Shown piece after piece: positions 1 to 6,263 of a stretch of 6,263 bases of DNA. How positions within the stretch are numbered: position 1 is the stretch's first letter; the number at the start of each line of letters is the position of its first letter. The DNA is from Takakia lepidozioides (Eukaryota > Plantae > Bryophyta), in the NCBI GenBank assembly GCA_030704615.1, contig JAKLZA010000099.1, positions 1 to 6,263 of the forward strand, written 5' to 3'. The notes below the pieces were generated by a model. The model saw only the letters and a list, made by a program, of their open reading frames with translations, ran no database searches and was not told the origin of the DNA. Both the position numbers and the translations under genes were made by a program.

Positions 1-19
1 TGTGAAAAAATGTAATGTA

Positions 20-310
20 GATGGATGAATGACGGATGGATAAGAGTAAAAATGGATGAATGTATAATGGATGTTGAGCAATGACAAAAATTCATGACAG
101 GAAGATGCATGACCAAATCTTTTGACGAATGCACAAGTATATGAAATGAGTGTGGAAGGTTTGTGGGGTGGATTAAAGAGTACAGAGGATGAATGTACAA
201 TGGATGTTGTACAAAGGAAGCTTTCATGAATGGAGCACGCATGAATACAGTGTAGATGAATGCACAATGGATATGAGAAGAGTCAGGAAGGTTTGTGAGA
301 TGGATTCATA
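20..310 (+). repeat. Degenerate tandem repeat: ~133-bp unit built from two ~67-bp subunits with a GGATGAATGYACAATGGAT core
   Basis: Cores at 54, 123, 187 and 254. GGAAGGTTTGTG occurs at 154 and 286. GGATGAATGTA(T/C)AATGGATGTTG occurs at 54 and 187. Confidence 0.85.
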
Positions 311-435
311 CATATAGCAATTTAAACGAAAGTTGATTCTGTGATTATTATTTGTTCTAAAGGAACAACTACGGTGGAGGAAGGGGATTCAACGTTTTCC
401 AGATAATATGAAAATGAATATTAAAAGAATACAGT

Positions 436-694
436 TCAGTCTGACTCAGAGTCAGTACAATGTATCCCCTCTTCCTCTGCATCTAAGTCTAAGTATTTTA
501 GAACACCGGATCCACGCTGGATACACCTACGGCTGGCCACTAAAAAGTCAGGGGATAGGGACTCGGCCGCGTGAAGTGCCATTGCTTCGGCATAAACAGG
601 AAGCAGAAAATTGGAAAGGGGGCTGTCGAAAACAGACTCGCCAGAAATGACTGTATCTCCTGAAGATCCACCGCTGCCTTTCCTGAAAGACAGC
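436..694 (-). CDS. Tentative terminal exon ending in acidic KYLDLDAEEEGIHCTDSESD*
   Basis: A stop-free frame of 86 codons (693-436) follows the acceptor-like CTTTTTCAG at 695. Its phase does not match either candidate donor without another indel. Confidence 0.4.
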
Positions 695-758
695 CTGAAA
701 AAGTTATTACTGTAACTTTGATGTTATCGAGAAATTGAGTATGACTCCCAAAGAGGGT

Positions 759-958
759 TTAGCACTTACTCACATGAAAATCGTTGTCGACCTGCTTATC
801 TTCGGGATCGTCATCATTTCGAATTTGAATCCGATCAGTCTGTGTGCCTGAAGTGGAGCCAGACAAAAGGGGGAGGAGCACTGTGTTGTAGAGGTCAGAA
901 TCACCCTCCATGCCAAAAAGGCTTCTTCCGCCTGCCTTGCATGCGTGGTAAGTTGCTC
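759..958 (-). CDS. Exon 9: end of the SAM-binding region, GATYHACKAGGRSLFGMEGD, plus an acidic tail
   Basis: The acceptor GGTGCAG|GA completes the phase-1 Gly, giving DLSVSTGATYHACKAGGRSLFGMEGD (compare DPFxGSGTTxxAAxxxGRxxIGxE). It ends at TAA 759-761 or splices at GTGAGT (773) or GTAAGT (769). Confidence 0.8.
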
Positions 959-1053
959 CTGCACCAGACAGGAGAACATGAACAGTTTGGAGGGGGGGAT
1001 TTAAGCAGATGAAACTGTTGAAAGGAAACCAATTCGGAAGGGAAAAAACGAAC

Positions 1054-1338
1054 CTGTGGACACAGAAAGATCGACCACCCGTGCAGAGCGGTGGCTGCAT
1101 GACTCCAGCAGTATTTGCATGAATGCTGGTGACTTTTCCTTTGCACCTCTCCAGGGAGTGCCATCTGGTCTCTTCAGAGTCTGACTGGACTGCATGAAGT
1201 TGTACAAAATGTCATCGACATGGGGCTCATAGGGGGGTTGACGAAACAACCCTGGTCAGAAATCTCAAAGCTGCGGATGGAGGATGGTGTCTTTGATGTG
1301 CGAATCCTCCGCAGGCAGATCGCCTCGAACATCCTCGT
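1054..1338 (-). CDS. Exon 8: MTase motif X-like PWRGAKEKSPAFMQILLESCS and motif I-like RVVDLSVSTG
   Basis: Acceptor TTTGGCAG|ACG, one frame change around 1230-1255, donor ACAG|GTTCGT in phase 1. The pattern matches HPtqKPxxLxxxLIxxxSxxGdxVLDPFxGSG of beta-class MTases. Confidence 0.8.
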
Positions 1339-1533
1339 CTGCCAAAGATAGCAGGTTAGTGTGGTAAACACAATCTATAGTGGAAGTGTGTACATCGGCT
1401 ATTCAGAACTCTGACACAAAAAAATCATGAATCGTTGATGATCGGTGTCGATCATAAAACATTCTACTAGAGTGGAGCTGCAGAGAAAATTGAAACTCAT
1501 GATCAAAGCACAAGCAGAAGGGAGACGGCATAC

Positions 1534-1870
1534 CAGCTGACCAGGGAAACCCCTTTCACAGGTAGAGGCTGTTCACACAATTCCATGTGCGCAAAACTTC
1601 AAACCCTGAAGACTTGAGGTATGATGCCAATGCCCGACGACTATCATTGTCACATGACTGAAAAAGCAGAAGTGTCCCTGCATCAGAGAGGAAATTGTTA
1701 CAGAACCCGAACACCCAACTCCAGTAGTTGTCCTCGAATTTGTTCCAGCCTGGCGTCTTGCCCTTTGGAAGAACTTCTGGCACAGCCTGGCCATCCGGGA
1801 TGTCGAGAATGACAATGTCGGCCGCATAAGTTTTCTGCACACCGCACACGAAGGTGGGACCTGTGCTCAC
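1534..1870 (-). CDS. Exon 7: amino-MTase catalytic half, motif IV-like ADIVILDIPDG
   Basis: Acceptor GTTGCAG|GTG. ADIVILDIPDG resembles DLIxTDPPYG, and FLSDAGTLLLF resembles the LkpgGsl strand of the N6_N4_Mtase fold. Removing one base near 1558 gives NSLYLERGFPGQL|GTATGC. Confidence 0.75.
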
Positions 1871-1984
1871 CTGCAACAGACATGTTTTTTTATAAGAACG
1901 ATGGCAAGAATGTTTTCAAAGAACGAGACTGAAATACTGCCAACGAAACTTTCAGAGAAAAAGGAAAGAAACTGGAATTCTCAC

Positions 1985-2634
1985 CAGATTGAGGAATGAG
2001 ATTATATTGTCCCAGGTAGGGGATGGCACCCCAGTGTATCCTCTCTTTCGACTCTGCATCATCGAAAGCCAACCCTCATTAACAATTTTCATCTCTCCTG
2101 CTGAATCAGAACGGGAAGGGTGTGGCTTGGCATCGAACACGCACTGAAGAGTGCGGGTATATCTTCCAGCAGTAAAGTCCTGCCCACTCTCCATCTCCTT
2201 TTCATTCTCCTTCCCCTTGTCCTTTTCCTTCTCTTTGGACTTGTCTTTGTCCTTTGGCTTTGCTGGTGAGATGGCTATGACATCAACAGCCTTGTCTTTT
2301 GGTTTGCGGCCCGCCTTCTTTCCCTTCTGCGGCGTTCCCTGAGCATCAGGCTCCTTGGCAGCCAAGGTTGCTATGTTTCGTTGATACTCTTCGTCAGTCA
2401 AAGGCGCCAGCATCTCAGCGTTATTGTTCAAGTATTTCATATGCTGTTCTTGAAAGGTCGTGTGCTCAGGTGGGCAGTCAAGGTACCACCACAGTCTCTG
2501 AAGTGAGAAGGACTCCAGTCCTTCAATATCCCTGCAGTATACATGGTTGGATCGTTTGCAGGGTCCGACCACATGTCAAGATAGTCGGAATTCCGCTCAG
2601 GTGATTTCCTTCCATAAGCACATATTTCGTGTAC
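1985..2634 (-). CDS. Exon 6: WWYLDCPPEH segment, Lys/Glu-rich linker and lead-in to the MTase domain
   Basis: Acceptor TTTTTTCAG|G at 2635. The long open frame 2572-1985 includes QKGKKAGRKPKDK and KPKDKDKSKEKEKDKGKENEKE. Donor CTG|GTGAGA at 1984, phase 0. The first ~150 nt need a frame change. Confidence 0.7.
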
Positions 2635-2776
2635 CTGAAAAAAGGAGATAAATCCCAACCCACAAAAGCGCTCAGTGAGTAAGATGCAAGTAGAACAGAA
2701 AGAAAATAAAACATGATTGAAATGGCTCTGACAACTGCTCCAAGGACCTTTCAGGACCACACTACTGCTCCAGATA

Positions 2777-3494
2777 TGAATGTCGTCAACGCCATTCAGA
2801 ACATTCCATTCAATGACACTGTAAATACATCCTAATCCAGGTGAATGCAAATAATCGTTAGAAATGACACAGACATAGAAGTGAATGTCGTCAACGACAT
2901 TCAGAATGAAGCCAAATTATTACTTAAATGAAGCAAAATCACAGGATGGAAATCAAAAAATTGAGTAAGGAACCCTCCAGGAAAACTCAATGCACATTCA
3001 TAACGAACCTATCACTGAGGACCTCACAACATCACTGTATGTGAATGGCGTCAACGCCATTCACAAAAATACAAAAAAGAAACCAATTACTTAGCTCCCA
3101 ATCCATGTAAATTGAATTTGTCGCTGTTGAATATACAGACACAGCTGTGAATGTCGTCAACGACATTCACTTTGGATTTCTTAAACAGAGCTTATCAAGC
3201 CTCCATATTCATCGCAAGAGGCAAAAACAATGCAGAACAACTGAATGTCTGCATTGACATTCAGCAAAATGAAGTGAGGAACCCTCACTGTAACCTCTAT
3301 GGACATTACAAAAATTTAAATAACATTGAGGACCTCTCAACAACTCGTATGTGAATGTCGTCAACGCCATTCAAGGACATTATCAATTCTAATCAGGGAC
3401 AATATAATTGCACCCTTAGATCCTAACCAGGTGAATTCATATACTCGCTTAAGAATGACTCAGACAAAGAAGTGAATGTCGTCAACGACATTCA
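2777..3494. repeat. Intron-5 array of seven 22-bp palindromes TGAATGKCGT-CA-ACGMCATTCA
   Basis: Copies start at 2777, 2882, 3042, 3148, 3242 (variant core TGAATGTC-TGCATT-GACATTCA), 3352 and 3473. Arms are 10 bp around a CA centre. Start-to-start spacing is 94-160 bp. Confidence 0.95.
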
Positions 3495-3574
3495 ATCTGG
3501 ATCTAAGATTGCAATCCATATGAAGCCACATTTTTTCCCAAAAAAACAGTAGAGTTTCAAGTATGACATTGCAC

Positions 3575-3801
3575 CTGTACACAACTCGCATCATGGCCAC
3601 TCTCCTCCAACCTGACTGTCAAAGTCGTTGGACCGTAAAATGTTACCATCTTTGGAGAACTCCCGGAAAAAAACAGTATCTCCAGGTGAGACCTCTCCAC
3701 TTCCTTATGTATGCCTCCAATGACATTTGGGGAGGGGAAACAATCGCAATGTTCAGGTCCTTCAAAGTCTGATCCAGCACAATGACGGCGCGCTTTTCGA
3801 G
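3575..3801 (-). CDS. Exon 5: middle region (frame disrupted after about 3670)
   Basis: Acceptor TATTTGCAG|CTC. Reads LEKRAVIVLDQTLKDLNIAIVSPPQMSLEAYIRKWRGLTWRYCFF. Probable donor CAG|GTGCAA at 3574. The frame of the 3' part is ambiguous. Confidence 0.55.
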
Positions 3802-3885
3802 CTGCAAATAGTATATTTGTCAGAATTGCAAAAAAGATACACATCACATACTTGAAGAGAAGAAACAGCATGTTCGAATACACAC

Positions 3886-4323
3886 CTGACTCCAAAATGT
3901 AGCCTTGTGGAGCCAGTTATCAAACACCAAATCACTGATTCCTTCCACCTTTTGTGCCAGGCTGTATGGTGCTCTTTGGGAACTGATTCAAGTCCTTTAC
4001 TGTTTGATCTGAGTTCCATATCTCCAGCCACCTTATTTTTGTTTGGGGTCGACCATCGATATGGCCAGCCGGTGCAATTTCTCCTGCTGCATCTCCGGAT
4101 GCACATGCTTGTCATAGTGTGTTTTGATCTGCTGAAGGAACTCAGGACCAAGTCCAGGATCTACTATTCTAAGCTGCTTTCCGAAGGCTGACATCAATTT
4201 GGTTCTTCGCATCTCAAACTCCTTCTTTATTGCAGCTTCCACACCCTTTGATGTCCTTAGTTCCTCTGGTGTAGTGCGGTAATATTCGGATTTTCCCTTC
4301 TCAGCTGCCTCTGCCAGTTCTTG
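3886..4323 (-). CDS. Exon 4: helical middle region (frameshifted near 4036 and 3951-3985)
   Basis: Acceptor TGCAG|CAA, phase 0. Reads QELAEAAEK...MVDPKQK, probably then IRWLEIWNSDQ, and ends KVEGISDLVFDNWLHKATFWSQ. Donor CAG|GTGTGT at 3885. Confidence 0.65.
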
Positions 4324-4406
4324 CTGCATTCATTCAAGTAGTGATTAGCTCCGAAGGGACTACAACATGTATTCGAAAAGTAAACAGATTACAGACTCGG
4401 GCTTAC

Positions 4407-4599
4407 CGCATACATGTACTCCAGAAACGCCTCTCGTGTCAAAGAATACCAAGTGCCTGCAGCTCTTCCTGTTTCGCACTTCTTGATGATATTGGGTGGT
4501 AGTACTGTCCGAAAATCATCCAGCTTCATCAGACCAATCCTCTGAATTCGGAATAGTGTGTGAACCAAGCTTGTTGTCACATGCGATTTCTCTGTCGAT
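4407..4599 (-). CDS. Exon 3: helical region following the ParB domain
   Basis: The acceptor TTTTTTGCAG|A at 4600 completes a phase-2 Lys codon. Reads STEKSHVTTSLVHTLFRIQRIG...WYSLTREAFLEYMYA. Donor GCG|GTAAGC at 4406. Confidence 0.8.
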
Positions 4600-4694
4600 C
4601 TGCAAAAAACATTGGAAACATTGCATTCCTTAACACTGTTTTTTGAGGATTAACAAGACACTACAGAGGGAATGAAATCTCCTGGATGACTTAC

Positions 4695-5323
4695 TTGTTC
4701 ACGTCGTGCATAGCTGTAAGAAGCCTAGCGATGTCGTTTCCTGGATCCAAAACCATTGCCTCCACAACAACATGCTTGTCTTTGTCTTTCGAATGGTGTT
4801 TCTGAATGTATCCCATCCATGCCAGCAATCGGTGGTTGCCGTCCCAGACGTAGAACATGTGGTTGCAGAAATTGCTGGGTGTTCTTTCCCATCATGAGGC
4901 CCAGCTCGAACTCCTCATTGGCATCTTTCCAGCACTCATCCCAGTTATCACTGATCTCTGGAGAAACTAATGTGCTTTTCCCATTTATATCCGTCAGTGA
5001 CACATAAAAACTTGTGCACCAAGTCTATATCCATGCACAAAATCACTCTCCAATTTTGTTATGTCATGGGAAAGAGGTGGACGCACAACAGGCATTGATA
5101 TCATCCGGCACAGAGGTATGTCCAGACGCCCTCCAGATACGAGCATGTCCCTTATAACCTCCTGAGAGTTTACCTTCTGGAATGACATGAGTTCTTTCAC
5201 CTTGTCAAGGTAGTGCACTTCGGATTCATCTGCTTCATCTGTATTCTCTGAGCTTTTTGCGGACTCGTCCCCATCTCCAGATCCTTTCCCCTCTGATCCT
5301 GTAGGCTTCGACCTCACAGTTTT
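4695..5323 (-). CDS. Exon 2: ParB/sulfiredoxin-like domain (two compensating frameshifts)
   Basis: Reconstructed as ...GGRLDIPLCRMISMPVVRPPLSHDITKLESDFVHGYRLGAQVF[Y]VSLTD...WDECWKDANEEFE...FCNHMFYVWDGNHRLLAWMGYI...VVVEAMVLD...AMHDVNK. DGNHR (4843-4829) matches the ParB GxxRxxA box. Frameshifts at the A5 run 5006-5010 and within 4870-4892. Donor AA|GTAAGT at 4694. Confidence 0.8.
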
Positions 5324-5329
5324 CTGCAC

Positions 5330-5685
5330 GATGCCATTCAGTTCTGACTAAGTGATTTGCAAATAGTGAATGGTGGTAACGACCATCACTCTGTATCAAG
5401 AAAACTCACCATGAATGGTGTGAAAGAATTCAGCACAATCTACACATGCAAAGCCGAGACTGCCGTATTCAAAACAAAAGCGAGAGCGATAGCGAACGGC
5501 GTTAACGACAATCACAAAAGATAACAACCTGCCGGATCGGTGTTGTGTAATGACATACATGTGCAACTGATTGGCGGCAACGACATTCAGTGTAGTTTAG
5601 GGAGAATAGTAAGTGCAGACTCTCTCTTCAAACACATAGGTACATAAATCTCATGAGGAGAATCGAATGGCGTTAACGACGCTCG
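5330..5685. repeat. Intron-1 cluster of degenerate copies of the same palindrome
   Basis: 5366 GTGAATGGTGGTAACGACCATCAC; 5493 CGAACGGCGTTAACGACAATCA; 5568 TGATTGGCGGCAACGACATTCA; 5664 CGAATGGCGTTAACGACGCTCG. Weaker remnants at 5330-5340 (GATGCCATTCA) and 5412. Confidence 0.8.
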
Positions 5686-5767
5686 CGATTCAGTAGTTCC
5701 TGCTAAAGAATGGAAGAGGAAGGACTCCTTGAAAGGCAATCAGACAGACTATATGATAAAAACTTAC

Positions 5768-6064
5768 TGGCACCTTCTTAGGTTTTGAAATTTGATCCCC
5801 TTCTGCAGCTTTCCTCTTCCCTCTCACATCTGCTGGAGTTTCTGTCTGCGCAAGGGTTTCTTGACCTTCTCCAGGTTCGGCGTTCCGCGTGCTTCCACCT
5901 TCTTCAGTGTCCCTGCGAATCATCTCTGCCTCCACAGGCTGGCGCACTCTTATCGCCGACTGTGTCGCAGCCGCTGCCTCCGTCTCCGTCTGCTCTTGTG
6001 AATCAGTCTCCGCGTTCACCTGCTGCCTTGGCCCTGTGTTCTCCAACAAACGACGCCTCGTCAT
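5768..6064 (-). CDS. Exon 1: low-complexity E/T/A-rich N-terminus ending in a bipartite NLS-like KRKAAEGDQISKPKK
   Basis: First ATG of the ORF is at 6064 (MTRRRLL). It runs 99 codons to a perfect CCA|GTAAGT donor at 5767, phase 0, matching the acceptor TGCAG|AAA at 5324/5323. Confidence 0.65.
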
Positions 6065-6263
6065 TTTCTCTCTTGCTCTGCGTCTCTCTCTAAGGGAAGT
6101 AAAATAAAGAGACTTTCTTCTCTTTCGTATTCTAGAAGGAACCCTCTCCAGCTTGACTACCACTCTCCCTCTAAGCGCGAAAAGTAGAAAAACGCAGTGA
6201 CTCCCGATTTCTTGCGGGATTGCCTGTGTTCTTGCGTGTCTCTAGAAGCATCGGATTCCCTCC

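Larger units (their letters stand above)
436..6064 (-). pseudogene. Spliced gene for a ParB/Srx-domain plus beta-class N6A/N4C DNA methyltransferase-like fusion protein; frameshifted in this sequence (pseudogene or assembly indels)
   Basis: Inferred exons: 6064-5768, 5323-4695, 4599-4407, 4323-3886, 3801-3575, 2634-1985, 1870-1534, 1338-1054, 958-~774/759 and tentatively ~694-436. All introns are GT-AG. Phases match directly at introns 1, 2, 3 and 8 and are consistent with the inferred frames at 4, 6 and 7. Motifs are DGNHR (ParB) and motif IV / X / I-like segments (MTase). About 8 frame breaks. Confidence 0.8.

Noticed and set aside
441-455. CTGACTC-A-GAGTCAG inverted repeat as a terminator
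   Set aside because: It is single and short, lies within the tentative last exon, and intrinsic terminators are not expected in a eukaryotic gene.
2785-2790. GTYRAC (HincII-type) site at the palindrome centre as evidence of a restriction-modification system
   Set aside because: It is a by-product of the palindrome's symmetry. No restriction endonuclease is present and the MTase specificity cannot be inferred.
2777-3494. CRISPR array (palindromic repeats with spacers)
   Set aside because: Spacers are 72-138 bp, variable in length and partly homologous to one another. There are no cas genes, and the array lies inside a spliceosomal intron.
4870-5010. Programmed ribosomal frameshifting or an extra intron to explain the paired frameshifts
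   Set aside because: Breaks are numerous and scattered across the gene, and the intervening segment reads as plausible ParB-domain sequence. Indel error or decay is simpler.
408-6107. Plus-strand ORFs in the track (for example 408-650, 2299-2604, 3151-3354, 3907-4191, 5785-6093)
   Set aside because: They are short antisense shadows of minus-strand exons or intronic repeats, with no recognisable motifs.
759-6163. Prokaryotic operon of many small minus-strand genes
   Set aside because: The fragments are bounded by GT-AG sites with compatible phases, and MTase motif I is itself split by an intron (1053-959).
6065-6163. N-terminal extension MVVKLERVPSR... from the ORF track
   Set aside because: It starts at a non-ATG codon in GA-rich low-complexity sequence and is more likely 5' UTR. 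No convincing TATA box was seen.
1-6263. Naming the gene as DN4MT1/N4CMT or assigning a transposon superfamily
   Set aside because: The catalytic motif is not SPPY-type, orthology cannot be tested here, and no transposase, TIR or LTR is visible.

Overview
This window is eukaryotic DNA, not a set of short prokaryotic ORFs. Joining minus-strand fragments at canonical GT-AG sites gives one gene of 9-10 exons, from ATG 6064 to a stop at 759 or 436. The product has an acidic/low-complexity N-terminus with a bipartite NLS, a ParB/Srx-type domain (VWDGNHRLLAW), a helical middle region, a K/E-rich linker and a C-terminal beta-class N6-adenine/N4-cytosine DNA methyltransferase-like domain (DIPD ... 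PWRGAKEK ... DLSVSTGAT...GR...GME). About 8 apparent frameshifts interrupt this copy, yet the splice sites are intact, so it is either a young pseudogene or an indel-rich assembly. The two longest introns hold arrays of a 22-bp palindrome, TGAATGKCGT-CA-ACGMCATTCA: 7 copies in intron 5 and at least 4 degenerate copies in intron 1. This suggests (inference) a self-contained eukaryotic ParB/parS-like loading and methylation module. A GGATGAATG tandem repeat lies downstream of the gene. The host is probably a non-seed land plant, from my recollection of the family; the sequence alone does not prove it.
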